The notes: generated by a model from the letters alone, not told the origin. A stretch of DNA of 64,000 nt from an uncultured Verrucomicrobiae bacterium (GCA_963765205.1 CAVXVB010000002.1:1-64000), one strand, 5' to 3'; positions 30,201-42,731 are shown, counted from the first letter of the stretch. A program made the numbers and translations.

Positions 30201-32564
30201 ATGAGTGCTCCCGCCCAACACGGTCCGCCGCGCCGCAGCGATTTCTGGCTGCGCGTGGGCTACGGTATGGCGCTCGCCGTGCTGCTGGCGTCAGGCGTTG
30301 TGTCGTGGTTTTGGGTCACCAGTCTCTTCAAGGCCCGGCAGGACCAACTGGGCGTGAACGGGATGATTGACCGGGTGTCCTCGCTGCAGAGCGACTTGGC
30401 GCTCAGCGAGGCAATTTTATACAATTACTTGTCCAGCGGTGATGATAAATATCTTGCGGCCTACCAGCAGGACGCGCAGGCGGCCCGCCAAAACATCAAG
30501 ACCTTGGACGAAGTGTCATCCCGGGACATGATGCAAGCGGAAAATTTCTCTTTCTTCGAGGCTCTGGCGGAGCAGCGACTCGACCTGTTCGGGCAGGCGG
30601 TGGACAAGCGCAAACAAGCGGGCCGCGACGTGGCACTGACGTTCATGCAATCGGTTGAGGTCGGGCAAAACCAGCAGAGTCTGCGCCACCAGTTTTATCT
30701 TCTGAAATTCCTTGAAAACAACCGCCTCCGCACTGACGAGGATACCAGCCAGGCCAACGCCAGTCTGGCGGTCTCCGCCACGGCGGTGGCCACGGGGCTG
30801 GGCGTGGCGTTTCTCGCGCTAGCCACGGTGCGGCTGCTGTGGGAATTGCGCGTGCGCACGACGGCGGAGGAAAAACTGCGCGAAGCGCACGACCAGCTCG
30901 AGGAGCGCGTGCGTCTGCGCACGGCGGAGTTGCAAACCGCCAAGGAGGCGGCGGAGGCGGCCGGCCAGGCCAAGAGCAATTTCCTCGCGGTGATGAGCCA
31001 TGAAATCCGCACGCCGATGAATTCGGTCATCGGTTTTTCAGATTTGCTGACGGACACAGCGCTGACGCCCGAGCAGCACGAATACGCGCGCGCGATATCG
31101 ACCAACAGCGACCAGCTGCTCAGCCTCATCAACGACATCCTGGACTTTTCGAAAATTGAATCCGGCCATGTGGAGACGGAGTCGGCGCCGATGGACTTGC
31201 GCAGCAGCGTTGAGGAAGTCATCGAGTCCATCCTGCCGCGGTCCGGGCCGCGGCCGATTGAGATGCTGTGCGACATTGCGCCCGGCACGCCGGCGGCGGT
31301 GTTGGCGGACAGCGGCCTGTTGCGCCAGGTGCTGACGAATCTGGTGGGCAATGCGGTCAAATTCACCGAGCGCGGCGAAATCATTGTCGGCGTGCGCCTG
31401 GCCGCGCCGCCGGCCCTCCATTCGCGGCGGGTGCTGCTGGAATTCCGGGTGTCCGACACTGGGATTGGCATTCCCGCCGACAAATTGGACCGCTTGTTCA
31501 AGCCGTTTTCGCAGGTGGATTCTTCCACGACGCGCAAATACGGCGGGACCGGTCTGGGCCTGGCAATTTGCAAGCGGCTGATTGAGGCGATGGGCGGGCA
31601 ACTGGGCGTCGCGAGCAGCCTTGGTGAAGGCTCGACCTTCCATTTCACCCTGCCGGTTGAATTGGACGAGGAGGCCGGGGTGCCCGCCTCGTGGCGGCTA
31701 CCGGAATACCTGGTGGCCGGGTGCCGTCTGCTGCTGGTGGACGAGAATCCCAAGCGGCGCCGTATTTTGCAGGATTTTGCCAAGCAATTCGGCCTGGCGT
31801 GCGAGGTGGAGACCTCCTATGCGCGGGCCGGCGAACGCTGCGAAGCGGGCGAAGCCTTTGACCTCGTGCTGGTGGATGGCAGCATGCCCGCCAAGGAAAT
31901 GTTGCGGATGCGCGCGGCGGCGAAGGCCCGGGCCAACGCCCCCGCCTTTTTGTTGTGCGACCGGGAAAGCGCCTGCCAGACGGTCGAACGCGCGTGGCTG
32001 GCCGGCCTGGTGCGCAAGCCGATCCGCATGTCCCAATTTTATGAGGAGCTGCTGGAAGTGCTCAAGGATCGCGCGCAGACCCAGCCGGTGCTGCCGCCCG
32101 CGCCGTTCCCGGTGGCGGCGTTCCATCCCCTGCGCATCCTGCTGGTCGAGGACAATTTCGGCAACCGCCAGATCACGCAACTGCTGTTGCGCAAACTGGG
32201 CTACCAGCCCGCCGCCGTCGAACAGGGGACGCTGGCCTTGGACCTGCTCACGCGGCAGGACTTCGACCTCATTCTGCTCGACGTGCAGATGCCCGGCATT
32301 GACGGCCATGAGACGGCGCGGCGCATCCGCATGTGGGAGCGCGAGCATGGCCGCGACAACCATCAACGCGGCGCGGCTTATATATGCGCGCTCACGGCCA
32401 ATGCGATCAAGGGCGACCGTGAACTTTGCCTGGAGGCCGGCATGGACGATTACCTGGCCAAGCCCATGCATGGTTCCGAATTGCGCGCGCTCATCGAACG
32501 GGCTTGGGCCCAAAAAGCCTCGCCGCAGGGCGCGCAGCCGGATGTCTCGGCGCAGGCGGGATGA
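30201..32564 (+). CDS. Hybrid sensor histidine kinase/response regulator (CHASE3-like sensor)
   Basis: [33 protein letters not shown] and C-terminal receiver (DVQMP...YLAKP). Confidence 0.92.
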   Translation: MSAPAQHGPPRRSDFWLRVGYGMALAVLLASGVVSWFWVTSLFKARQDQLGVNGMIDRVSSLQSDLALSEAILYNYLSSGDDKYLAAYQQDAQAARQNIKTLDEVSSRDMMQAENFSFFEALAEQRLDLFGQAVDKRKQAGRDVALTFMQSVEVGQNQQSLRHQFYLLKFLENNRLRTDEDTSQANASLAVSATAVATGLGVAFLALATVRLLWELRVRTTAEEKLREAHDQLEERVRLRTAELQTAKEAAEAAGQAKSNFLAVMSHEIRTPMNSVIGFSDLLTDTALTPEQHEYARAISTNSDQLLSLINDILDFSKIESGHVETESAPMDLRSSVEEVIESILPRSGPRPIEMLCDIAPGTPAAVLADSGLLRQVLTNLVGNAVKFTERGEIIVGVRLAAPPALHSRRVLLEFRVSDTGIGIPADKLDRLFKPFSQVDSSTTRKYGGTGLGLAICKRLIEAMGGQLGVASSLGEGSTFHFTLPVELDEEAGVPASWRLPEYLVAGCRLLLVDENPKRRRILQDFAKQFGLACEVETSYARAGERCEAGEAFDLVLVDGSMPAKEMLRMRAAAKARANAPAFLLCDRESACQTVERAWLAGLVRKPIRMSQFYEELLEVLKDRAQTQPVLPPAPFPVAAFHPLRILLVEDNFGNRQITQLLLRKLGYQPAAVEQGTLALDLLTRQDFDLILLDVQMPGIDGHETARRIRMWEREHGRDNHQRGAAYICALTANAIKGDRELCLEAGMDDYLAKPMHGSELRALIERAWAQKASPQGAQPDVSAQAG

Positions 32565-32664
32565 GGGCGGGAGGGAGACAGGAGGCAGGAGGCGGAAGAA
32601 AGAGCATCTTTGGTTTGCGCGGATTTAGAAAACGCTCAACGTTTAAAGTTGAGCGTTCAGGCGG

Positions 32665-33582
32665 TTAGCCTCCCGCGAGGCAGCGGGCCAGGATCACGCC
32701 TTTGCGCCAGGTGGGCACGTAGCGGCGGGCGGAGAACACGTCGTAACCGTGTTGTTCGATTTCATCCAGAATGCCCGCGTAGAGGCGGCCCATGACCCGC
32801 GCGGTCATCCGCGAACCGTCATTTTCGAGCAGGGGCAGGCCTTGTTCCGCGCCGGCATACCAGCTGCGCGCGCGCGCGATTTCGAAACGCAGCAGCGCGC
32901 GCCACGCGTCGTCCACGCGGCCGGCGCGCAGTTGGTCGTCGGTGACGCCGAAGCGGGCCAAGTCTTCGGCGGGAAGATAAATACGCCCGCGTTCACGGTC
33001 TTCGCGCACGTCGCGCAGGATGTTGGTCAATTGCATGGCGAGGCCCATTTCGACGGCGTGGGGCAGGCCGGCGGCGTCGCGCAGGCCGAAAATCCGGCTC
33101 ATCATGATGCCGACGACGGACGCAACGTAATAGCAATAGACTTCGAGTTCCGCCAAATCGCGCAAACGCAGGGGCAGGCGGTCGCGCGCGCAGCCCTCGA
33201 TCAAGTCGCGGCACCAGTCGCGTTCAATCCCATATTCGCGGCCCATGGCGGCGAACGCCGGCGCGAAGGGCAGGCTGCTGCTCCCGGCGAGGATTTCGTC
33301 GAGAGTGGAGGTTAGGGCGGCGGCGTCGGGCGGCTGGCGGGAGTGCTCGATTTCGTCGAAGGCGTCGTCCACCCAGCGGCAGAAGGCGTAGAGGGCGTAG
33401 GCAGCGGATTTTTTGGGCGCGGGCAGCAGGCGGGAGGCGAAGAAGAAACTGGTGGCGTGCGCGCGCGTGGCCCGGCGGCAGGCGGCGAGTGCGGGCGCGA
33501 GCGCCGGGTCGCGGGACCAGGCGGACGCGGGCGCGACCGGCGGCCAGGCGCGCGGGAGTTTGTCCAGCAGGGCGGGCGTCAC
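32665..33582 (-). CDS. Phytoene/squalene synthase family protein
   Basis: YAFCRWVDD, YCYYVASVVG, MQLTNILRDVREDRERGRIYLP. Confidence 0.9.
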   Translation of the reverse strand: MTPALLDKLPRAWPPVAPASAWSRDPALAPALAACRRATRAHATSFFFASRLLPAPKKSAAYALYAFCRWVDDAFDEIEHSRQPPDAAALTSTLDEILAGSSSLPFAPAFAAMGREYGIERDWCRDLIEGCARDRLPLRLRDLAELEVYCYYVASVVGIMMSRIFGLRDAAGLPHAVEMGLAMQLTNILRDVREDRERGRIYLPAEDLARFGVTDDQLRAGRVDDAWRALLRFEIARARSWYAGAEQGLPLLENDGSRMTARVMGRLYAGILDEIEQHGYDVFSARRYVPTWRKGVILARCLAGG

Positions 33583-33729
33583 GCCGGTGAATTAAGAGGG
33601 AAGCAGCAGGGATTACGAAGGAAAAAACGCGGCGCTGCGGAAAATGCCGTTAGGTTCGGCATAATCAGGGCAGATGTAGATAGTGCTTCGTTTGCAATCG
33701 GGATGAAATGGATGACAAACACAACGCGA

Positions 33730-34217
33730 TTAGTTGCCATCGCCACTTTGTTTAATATACCACTTTCCGTCAATTTTGACAAAGATCAATTTACCCCGTG
33801 TGGCCATGTAGGTCGCTTCTTTGCCAGTGATGTTAAAAGTTGGATTCTGATATTCAAGGGTTTCGTAAGACTGCGCCAATGGTTCATACACCGATTTTTG
33901 CAATTTCTGTTGCAGTTCAGGGTTCTGGGCAACCTGCTGCTGTGTTTCTTGTATCTCTTTCAGCGCATGGGGGTCAAATTTGTCCGGCGGGGTGTAACGT
34001 AGCCAGAGCTTCACTATGTCACCATCCCGTTGTAAGCGCGCGATGTCCAGGATGGCGGTTTGCAAATCGGCTTGGGGGTCGGCTTGGGGGCCGGGGCGGC
34101 GATGGATTGGGTGGCGGCTTTTATCAGGGCAACCGCCGTTGGTCGCGTGAACCACCAAATACCGACGCCCGCGATGGCAATGACAAAGCCAACCATGATA
34201 AAGTTTTTAGGCTTCAC
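33730..34217 (-). CDS. Membrane-anchored hypothetical protein (frameshift near 34080), paralogous to the C-terminal domain of 39001-40418
   Basis: TM segment IMVGFVIAIAGVGIWWF is in one frame and DPQADLQTAILDIARL...IFVKIDGKWY in another. The shift lies in a duplicated ggcttggggg run. Confidence 0.65.
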
Positions 34218-34339
34218 ACCGCTTCTTCTACCTGTTTTAGCCCGCAGAGCGCAATCACTTCTTCCAACTTCGCAACCCGGCGGCTCTAGCAACCCATTAT
34301 CAAATCCCAGTCGGCCCGAATTAACCAATCGAATGCCGC

Positions 34340-35623
34340 TTATCTTAACAGCGCGGTGGCGGTCCAGAGGACGGGGGCGTTGCCGTGCAGTTCGTTGAAA
34401 GTGTTGAGGGCGGCGCCGGCGAGGGGTTTTTGGCCGAGATAATACTGCACGCCGGCAGTGGTGTCGGTGCCGGTGTATTTGTTGGTGCCGGGGCAGACGT
34501 TGGCGATGTTGCCGTCCTGGTCAATCAGCTTGACCAGGCCGAGCCAGGCTTTGCGGGCGGCGGGGCCGTAGGTCTTGGCGTCGAGCCAGCCGTTTTTGAC
34601 GCCGGTGACGAAGGCAAAGGCGAACATGGCGGAGCCGGAGGATTCGCTCCACGCCTCGGGGTGGTCGAGCAGTTCCTTCCAGAGGCCGTCGTCGCCTTGG
34701 TCTTTCAGGAGCGCGGCCATCATTTTATGATAACCTTCGTAGATTTTGGGAAAGAGGGGATGGTCGGCGGGCAGCTCGCGGAGCAGCTCGGTCAGCCCGG
34801 CGGCGACCCAGCCATCGCCGCGCGACCAATAATAGGGCGCGCCGATGCCGTGGTAAAAGAGTCCGTCGGGTTGCTGAAGGCGGTCGAAATAGAGGGAGAA
34901 CATCTGCGCGGTGCGGTCGAGGTAGATTTTGTCGTGGGTGGCGCGGTAGGCCTGCATTTGCATGCTGGGCATCATATAGAGGTCGTCCACCCAGAGGCGC
35001 GCTTCGGCGCCGTTGCCTTCGACAATGGTTACGTCGGTGGAATTGGGGACGGGCTTGAAGACGCTGGCCAACTGCCGGTCGGCAAAGGCCTTGCCGTAAT
35101 CGAGGTAGCCCTGGGATTTGGTGAGCAGGTAAATCTCCAGCGGAACCGCGCCGAAGACGTGGAAGTCCACCGTGTTGTTCTGCGAGATATGGGCGGCGCC
35201 TTCAGCGGTGGAGAAGAGGGAGAATTTCTGAATGAGTTTCTGCTGCAAGTCGGCGTTTTTAGTCACCTCGGTAAAAGTGAGCGCGCCATACCAGGCAATG
35301 ACTTCGGGATAGACGACGGGGGCTGCGGGATTATTGGAGTATTGGGGGGTCTGATAGCGGAACTGGCGGGCCTCAAAATTCTCGGCGACGCGCAGGCCAA
35401 TGTCTTTGGGGTCGGCGCCGGCGGGCCATTGGCCGAAATACTCGGCGAGGGCTTCCTTGGTCGGCGGGGTGATGACGATTTTGGCCGGGGTGGCCGGGCT
35501 GGCGGCGGATGTTGTGGGTGCGGCGGCAGGCACGGGGGCGGATTGCGCCAGGCTGCGGGTGGTAAAGACACTGGACGCGACAAAGAGGCCAAGGGCGCCG
35601 GCGAGGAAGCGGGAGGGTTTCAT
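34340..35623 (-). CDS. Secreted glycoside hydrolase family 105/88 (YteR/YesR-like)
   Basis: Signal peptide, RLWVDDLYM, GLFYHG, WSRGDGW, ESSGSAMF, LHGNAPVLW. Confidence 0.85.
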   Translation of the reverse strand: MKPSRFLAGALGLFVASSVFTTRSLAQSAPVPAAAPTTSAASPATPAKIVITPPTKEALAEYFGQWPAGADPKDIGLRVAENFEARQFRYQTPQYSNNPAAPVVYPEVIAWYGALTFTEVTKNADLQQKLIQKFSLFSTAEGAAHISQNNTVDFHVFGAVPLEIYLLTKSQGYLDYGKAFADRQLASVFKPVPNSTDVTIVEGNGAEARLWVDDLYMMPSMQMQAYRATHDKIYLDRTAQMFSLYFDRLQQPDGLFYHGIGAPYYWSRGDGWVAAGLTELLRELPADHPLFPKIYEGYHKMMAALLKDQGDDGLWKELLDHPEAWSESSGSAMFAFAFVTGVKNGWLDAKTYGPAARKAWLGLVKLIDQDGNIANVCPGTNKYTGTDTTAGVQYYLGQKPLAGAALNTFNELHGNAPVLWTATALLR

Positions 35624-35780
35624 CTTGGGGGTGGGGCTGGCGAATTTCCAACTTTAGGGGCCGGGGGTCAAGGGGAAACCAGGCGGGCGGGAGTTGGTTG
35701 CAATTCGGCGGCGCGGACTTGCCTCGCGTGGGATTGTCCGTCATAGTCATCTTTTTACCCCCTTCCGGGTCGCCCTTGCC

Positions 35781-37136
35781 ATGAAGTTATCTTATGTAAT
35801 CCGCCAGCGCCGTTCGACAATCTCCGCGGTGTTTTTTCTCAGCGCGGCCGCGTATTTTCTTTATGCGTTTTTTAGCCAGCGCGAATACACGGCTTATGCG
35901 CTGGTGCAGGGCTATGCGGCGGGCGGGGCGGGCACCGCCGGGAGCCAGCCGGCGGCGGCCAATGACGACTTTAACACCAATGTGCGCATCCTTGAATCCG
36001 ACGAGATGGCGCAGGCGGTGGCGGCGAAACTGAACGACGCCGACCGGGGCCGGATACTGGCGCCCTATACGCATATTTTTCAGATTGGGCCGACGCCGAG
36101 CGTGGCGCAAATTTTACTGGCGGGCCGCATCATCGCACCCGGGCCGTCGGCGCTCAATCTTGACATCGGCTTCCGGCATCCAAACGCGGCGGTGGCGGCG
36201 ACGCTGGCCAACGCCCTGGCCGAAGAATTCCTCCGCCAGCACGATGCGCTGAATGCCGACAAGCTCAAAAACATGGTCGCCGCGTTGCAGGCGCAGGCGG
36301 ATGCGCAGCACAAACGGGCGGACGACATCCAGGCGCAGATGGACGAGCTGACCCAAAAATATGGAGTGACGAACATTGACGCCACATCCGACACGATTCT
36401 GGTCAGCGCCATTGAGGAGTTGAATAAAAAGGTCATTGAGAACAAGGCGGCGCTGGATGAACTGACCTTGCGCGGCCAGCAAATCCAGCAGCAGGCGGAC
36501 GCCAAGAAGCCGCTGTGGGATTTGAACTTCATCGGCAGCCAGCCGCACATCCTGGCGCTGGAGCAGGCGGTGCAGGCGCAGGCCGACCAATTGAAGCAGA
36601 TGCAGGCCCTGGGTTATGCGGACAATGCACCGATCATCACCGACGCCAAGGCCCGGGTGGATGCCGCCATGCAGGAATTGAACGAGGGGGCCGCGGCGGC
36701 GGTGAAGCAGGTGGCCTCCGACCTGGAGGCGGCCCAGAACAACTACAATCAATCGGTGGAGCGGCTCACCAACATGCAGAAGCAGACGGGGGACTTGGCG
36801 CAGCAGCGCGCGAAATATGACGCTTTGCGCAACGATTTGAGCACGGTGCAGCAGATGTATTCCGCGCAAGAAGTGGCGATGGCCAACACGCAAACGAAGG
36901 CGAAGCTGGACGCCGTGACGTATTCGATCGTCGCGCGGGCGGAGGCGCCACCCGAGGCCGACCCGCAGCCGTGGGTCAAGCTGGGGCTGGCCAGCCTGGG
37001 CTGGGGTATGGGTGGTGGAGTGCTGGCCTTGGCCGGTTTCGCCATCTTTATGCCGCCGCCGGTCGAGCAACATGCGGAATACGAGCGCCGCCGCCGCCGC
37101 CACCGGCACTTTCATTCTTCCTCCCGCCGCCGATAA
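35781..37136 (+). CDS. GumC/Wzc-like polysaccharide co-polymerase without kinase domain
   Basis: Two terminal TMs around a long coiled coil, [21 protein letters not shown]. Confidence 0.65.
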   Translation: MKLSYVIRQRRSTISAVFFLSAAAYFLYAFFSQREYTAYALVQGYAAGGAGTAGSQPAAANDDFNTNVRILESDEMAQAVAAKLNDADRGRILAPYTHIFQIGPTPSVAQILLAGRIIAPGPSALNLDIGFRHPNAAVAATLANALAEEFLRQHDALNADKLKNMVAALQAQADAQHKRADDIQAQMDELTQKYGVTNIDATSDTILVSAIEELNKKVIENKAALDELTLRGQQIQQQADAKKPLWDLNFIGSQPHILALEQAVQAQADQLKQMQALGYADNAPIITDAKARVDAAMQELNEGAAAAVKQVASDLEAAQNNYNQSVERLTNMQKQTGDLAQQRAKYDALRNDLSTVQQMYSAQEVAMANTQTKAKLDAVTYSIVARAEAPPEADPQPWVKLGLASLGWGMGGGVLALAGFAIFMPPPVEQHAEYERRRRRHRHFHSSSRRR

Positions 37137-37147
37137 GAAAGAACCAC

Positions 37148-38949
37148 ATGAACTCCCTGCCGCCAAAAACTTCCCATCCAGCCCTTTTGAAATGGGTTGG
37201 AAAAATGACCCAGATGTGCCAGCCAGCCACCGTGCATTGGTGCGACGGCTCGGCGGCCGAGGTGGACGCGCTGTTCGCGGAGATGGTGGAGCGCGGCACC
37301 GCCATCCGGCTCAACCCGGCGAAGCGTCCCAACAGTTTTTTGTTCCGGTCCGATCCGCGTGACGTGGCGCGGGTCGAGAAGCGCACGTTTATCTGCCCGG
37401 CGAACAAGGACGACGCGGGGCCGACGAATAATTGGGAGGAACCGCGCGCGATGCGGCACAAACTGGTGGACTTGTGCACGGGCTGCATGGCTGGGCGCAC
37501 GATGTATGTAATTCCTTTTTCGATGGGGCCGGTTGGGTCACCGCTCGCGCACATTGGCGTGCAGGTGACGGATTCGCCCTATGTCGTGGTGAATATGCGC
37601 ATCATGGCGCGCGTGGGCCAGGCGGTGCTGGATGTGCTGGGGGAGAAGGGATTTTTCGTGCCCTGCATCCATTCCGTTGGCTACCCGCTGCAGCCGGGGC
37701 AAAAGGACGTGGCGTGGCCCTGCAATCCCGACAACACCTACATCGTGCATTTTCCCGAGGAGCGCAGCATTGTGTCCTACGGCTCGGGCTACGGCGGCAA
37801 CGCGCTGCTGGGCAAGAAGTGCCTGGCGCTGCGCATCGCCTCGTGCATGGCGCGCGACCAGGGCTGGCTGGCCGAGCACATGCTCATCCTCGGCGTCGAA
37901 AACCCCGAGGGGGAAAAAACCTACGTCGCCGCCGCGTTCCCGAGCGCCTGCGGCAAGACGAATTTCGCGATGATCATCCCGCCCAGGGAAATGAAGGGCT
38001 GGAAGGTCACGACGGTGGGCGACGATATTGCGTGGATCAAGCCGGGCGCGGGCGGGCGGCTTTATGGCATCAATCCGGAGGCGGGGTTCTTCGGCGTCGC
38101 GCCGGGCACGTCGCTCGAGACGAACCCGAACGCCATCGCCTCCTGCGCGCGCGACACGATTTTCACCAACGTCGCGCTGACCGACGACGGCGACGTGTGG
38201 TGGGAGGGGTTGACGGAAAAACCGCCCGCGCATTTGATTGACTGGACCGGCCAGGACTGGACGCCGGGCTGCGGGCGGTTGTCGTCGCACCCGAAATTCG
38301 CGCTTCACCGCGCCGCTGGCGAACTGCCCGTGCCTCGACCCGGCGTTCGACGATTTGCAGGGCGTGCCGATCAAGGCGTTTGTGTTTGGCGGGCGGCGCA
38401 TGAGCGATGTGCCGCTCGTTTACCAGGCTTTCACTTGGAGTCACGGCGTTTATCTCGGCGCGACGATGGGGTCGGAGAAGACGGCGGCGGCCGAGGGCAA
38501 AATCGGCGTGCTGCGCCGCGACCCGATGGCGATGCTGCCCTTTTGCGGCTACCACATGGCGGATTATTTCCGGCACTGGCTCAAGGTCGGCAAGCACCTC
38601 GAGGAAACGCCGCGCATTTTCCACGTCAACTGGTTCCGCAAGGACGCGGCGGTGAAATTCCTCTGGCCGGGCTACGGGCAGAACATGCGCGTGCTGCGCT
38701 GGATCGTCGAGCGCGCCAACGGCCGGCGCGTTCGCGAAGGAAAGCCCGCTCGGCTGGCTGCCGCGTTATGAGGACATTGACTGGCGCGGCCTCGATTACC
38801 CGAAGGAAAAATGGGACGAACTGATGGTCTTTGACCGCCCGCGGACGGCGCTGCAAACCCTCACCCACGAGGAGCTGTTCATCTCGCTCTTCGAGCACCT
38901 GCCCAAGGAAATGATCTTCGAGCGCGAATTGTTGTTGTCGCGGCTGTGA
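37148..38949 (+). CDS. pckG: GTP-dependent phosphoenolpyruvate carboxykinase (two +1 frameshifts, ~38295 and ~38725)
   Basis: [42 protein letters not shown] (after removing one A), [18 protein letters not shown]. Stop at 38947-38949. Confidence 0.93.
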
Positions 38950-39000
38950 TTTTTTAGAAGAATTTTTTATGAATATCTCATTTTAGGCCGACTCAATTCC

Positions 39001-40418
39001 ATGAAGAGCATTGCTTTTTTATTTGCTGCGCTGCTGAGTGTTTCAACGCTGCAAGGGGCGGTGACTTCCGATGATCCGCGCACGCAGGCGGAAGCGGGCA
39101 ACAGCACCGCGCAAATTTCCCTTGGCGCAAAGTATGAGCAAGGCGATGGCGTGCCAAAGGATTTCACCACGGCCATGAGTGGTACCGCAAAGCGGCTGAT
39201 CAAGGGGATGCCAAGGCCCAATACGCCATTGCCTTGATGTATAATAACGCCGAAGTGACGCCGCAGGATTACACCGAGGAAATGAAGTGGGCCCGCAAGG
39301 CGGCCGACCAAGGATTGGCCAAAGCCGAACTCCTGCTGGCCACAGCGTATCTACGTGGCCTAGGGGTGGATAAAGACCCGGTGGCAGGCATGACATGGCT
39401 GCGCAAAGCGGCCGACCAAGGTGACTCCTTGGCAATGGGATTGGTCAAAAATGCCATCGCATCTTTTAGCCAGCCTGCGGAGCAAAGTGACGCCACAGCC
39501 AAGGAAATCCTCGGTATCTTGACCGAACCGAAACCGGCGTTCCCCGACGGTTCTACAACCACTCTTGAGGATCTGCACGCGAAGGCGGAAGCGGGCAATA
39601 GCACCGCCCAAGTTTTGCTGGCGGTGCGGTATGGCATTGGTTCGGGAGTGCCGCAAAACTTTGGCGAATCACTTAAATGGATCGTCAAAGCGGCGGAGCA
39701 AGGGGAGTCGGACGCCTCGGATGTAGTGGCCGACATGTATGTCTTAGACCTGCCGGGGATTCCGGAAGACGCCATTGAGGGCTGGAAATGGCGCCGCAAA
39801 GCGGCCGATCAGGGTAGTGCCAGATCCATCGGCGCTATCTACGATGTCATCCCGATGTATCGCCACCAAGCGGAACAAGGCGGCGCTGAGGCCAAGGCCA
39901 TTTTGGATATCCTAACCAAGTCACCGCTGCCGCCAGCGCCCGCCGTCGCGCCAATCACTCCTTCCACTCCTGCAACCGGCGCAACCAAAGGCAACCCCCA
40001 GGCCGAGTTGAAGACGGCCATCACGGACATCGCGCGCCTGATGAAAGCGGGCGAGGGAGCGAAAATGACCAAGACCTATATGCCACCGCCGATGCTCAAG
40101 CAAATGCCGCCATCGGCGTTGTCCGACCTAAGGCTAAGCATGCTACAAACGGACCAAAAGATGGGGTTCCAGGTGCGCGACACGCTAAAAGAGCTGCTGG
40201 AATTGTTTAATGCGCGGGCCTTCGCGGCCATGGCCGACCAGACTCCGACTTACAACGCGGCCGGAGACGAGGCCACTTACACGCTCATTTGGCCCATGGA
40301 GGGAGGCGAGAAAACCCAGCCGGTGATTTTCGTCAAAATCAACGGTCTGTGGTATTTTAAGACCGTCAAAAACACCAATCCTGACACGGAAAAGGAAACA
40401 CCGTATTTTAATTTCTGA
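39001..40418 (+). CDS. Secreted SEL1-repeat protein with uncharacterised C-terminal domain (frameshift ~39178)
   Basis: Signal peptide and AQISLGAKYEQGDGVPKD, W.RKAADQG repeats. atgagtgg to atgaagtgg restores AMKWYRKAADQG. Confidence 0.8.
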
Positions 40419-40449
40419 AATCAAATCGGGAAACAATCCTTAACGCAAA

Positions 40450-41433
40450 ATGAAATACCGCGAAATGGGCCGGACTGGGTGGAAGATCTCGACCGTCAGC
40501 TTTGGCGCGTGGGCCATTGGCGGGTCGTGGGGCGGCGTACGCGACGAGGAGTCGCTCGCCGCACTGCACCGGGCGCTCGACTTGGGCGTCAATTTCTTTG
40601 ACACCGCCGACGTGTATGGCGACGGCCATAGCGAGCGCCTCATCGCCCGGCTACGGCGCGAGCGCAAGGAGCCGTTCCATGTCGCCACCAAGGCCGGCCG
40701 CCGCTTGGAGCCGCATGTGGCCGATGGCTACAACCGCGCGAACCTCACGGCCTTTGTCGAGCGCAGCCTGAAGAACCTGGAAGTCGAGGCGATTGACTTG
40801 CTGCAACTGCATTGCCCGCCGACGGATGTTTATTACCGGCCCGAGGTGTTTGCGGCGCTCGACGGTCTGGTGCAGGCTGGCAAGGTGCGCCATTACGGCG
40901 TGAGCGTCGAGCGCGTCGAGGAGGCGCTCAAGGCGATTGAATACCCCGGCGTGCAGTCGGTGCAGATCATCTACAATATTTTCCGGCAACGACCGGCGGA
41001 ATTGTTTTTCAAAGAAGCTAAAAAGCGCAAGGTCGGCATTCTCGCGCGGCTGCCGCTGTCGTCGGGCCTGCTGTCGGGCAAGATGACCAAGCAGAGCCAG
41101 TTTGCGAAGGAGGACCATCGCAACTTCAACCGCCATGGCGAACAGTTCGACCGGGGCGAGACCTTCTCCGGCGTGGACTTTGACACGGGTCTCGCCATCG
41201 TCGAGCAACTGCGCCCGTTCGTGCCAAAGGGGATGAGCCTGGCGCAATTCGCGTTGCGCTGGATCCAAATGCACCCGGCGGTGACGTGCTCGATTCCCGG
41301 CGCGAAACGGCCGAGCCAGGTCGAGGAGAACGCGCGCGCGGCGGATTTACCGCCCCTCTCGAAGGCCAAAATGGCCGCGATACAAAAAATCTACGACACG
41401 CGGCTGCGCCCGTTGGTGCAGCATTATTGGTGA
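40450..41433 (+). CDS. Aldo/keto reductase
   Basis: FDTADVYGDGHSE, IDLLQLH, IPGAKRPSQVEEN. Confidence 0.92.
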   Translation: MKYREMGRTGWKISTVSFGAWAIGGSWGGVRDEESLAALHRALDLGVNFFDTADVYGDGHSERLIARLRRERKEPFHVATKAGRRLEPHVADGYNRANLTAFVERSLKNLEVEAIDLLQLHCPPTDVYYRPEVFAALDGLVQAGKVRHYGVSVERVEEALKAIEYPGVQSVQIIYNIFRQRPAELFFKEAKKRKVGILARLPLSSGLLSGKMTKQSQFAKEDHRNFNRHGEQFDRGETFSGVDFDTGLAIVEQLRPFVPKGMSLAQFALRWIQMHPAVTCSIPGAKRPSQVEENARAADLPPLSKAKMAAIQKIYDTRLRPLVQHYW

Positions 41434-41447
41434 GATAGCCTCAAGCA

Positions 41448-41572
41448 ATTCACCGCAAAGGCGCAAAGAGCGCAAAGGTTTTTTTTTACGGAATTAACAA
41501 AATCACGCCCGGCTCTTCGTACCTTGGTGAACAGAACTTCTTCTTGGCGCTCTTCGCGCCTTTGCGGTGAAT
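41448..41572. repeat. Inverted repeat element (TTCACCGCAAAG family) between convergent genes
   Basis: 30-bp arms at 41448-41477 and 41543-41572 with 2 mismatches. Second copy at 47558-47648. Confidence 0.8.
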
Positions 41573-41591
41573 AAGAATTATAAGACAGAAC

Positions 41592-42613
41592 TCAATCCAG
41601 CAGCCGCGCGACCTGGGCGCGGACGTAGGTGGCGAGGCTAAGGAGGCGGGCGCTGGCGGGCAGGCCGTCCCATTGGGCGAGGGCTTCCGTGCCGGCGCGC
41701 AGCTCGGTTTCGAAGCGGTCGCGCACGGCTTGGAGGACGCCGTGCTGGTGCATACGTTCGGCGAGGTCTTTGACATTGGCTCCGCCCGCCAGTACCTCGC
41801 GGCGCAAGGCGGTGGCTTCGCTTTCGGGCAGGCGCTCGAGGAGCAATAAAAGGGGAGCGTAAATTTGCCGCTGGCGAGGTCGGTGCCGAGGGTTTTGCCG
41901 ATTTTGCCCTCGTCGCCACAAAAATCGGCGAGATCGTCAAAGAGCTGGTAGGCGATGCCCAGTTGGAGGCCGAAGCGGGTGGCGGCGTCCACAAATTCCT
42001 CGGGGTGGCCGGCCACGCGCGCGCCCAGCAGGCACGACACGCCGAATAGCTCGCCGGTTTTCATCGCAATGACCTCGAAATACTCGTTGACGGAAAAGCG
42101 CGGGTTGCCGCGTTCGAGGGTCTGGTGGATTTCGCCGGCGCAAACCCGGCGGGTGGCCGCGGCCATGGCGCGGCAGACTTCGATGGACAGGGAGTCGGAC
42201 GCGATCTTGAGGGCCTGGGTCAGCAGGGCGTCGCCCAACAGGACGGCGACAGACGCGCCGAATTTGTCGCTGACGGTGGGCAACTGGTGGCGCAGCGCCG
42301 CGCCGTCGAGCACGTCGTCATGCACCAGGGTGGCGAGGTGGATCAGCTCGACCACAGCGGCGGCATAAACTTGGTCGGGCACGATGCGGCCATTGTCCGT
42401 CCACCCGCTGCAAAACACGAGGCTGGGGCGGATGCGCTTGCCCTGGTTGGCGAAAACGTAGCGGACGAGTTCGCGCAGGTGCGGCTCGAAGGTCTCGACC
42501 TGGCCGGAGAAAAAGCGCTCGAATTCGGCGAGGTGCGGCTGCACTTCGCGCGGCAGGGCGGGCGAGGGGGCCGTGGTGGGCGGGGCTGAACGCGCGGTGG
42601 TCGGGGCCAGCAT
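41592..42613 (-). CDS. Polyprenyl diphosphate synthase (frameshift ~41850)
   Basis: GKRIRP, LVHDDVLD, QLFDDLAD, GKTLGTDL. One added C gives TLPLLLLLERL... in the 41592 frame. Confidence 0.9.
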
Positions 42614-42731
42614 AGGAGTAAAAAGTGAAATTGGTTGGACAAGACCCCGCCGGGCGGACAAACCGCCAAGAGGGCTGGCGATGCCTGCCCATCCTCCCGG
42701 CGGTTGCCGGACACCACAACTAAGCGCATAA

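Noticed and set aside
37148..38949. Programmed frameshifting or pseudogenisation of pckG
   Set aside because: There is no slippery-site signature. Two isolated +1 indels fit the window-wide error pattern.
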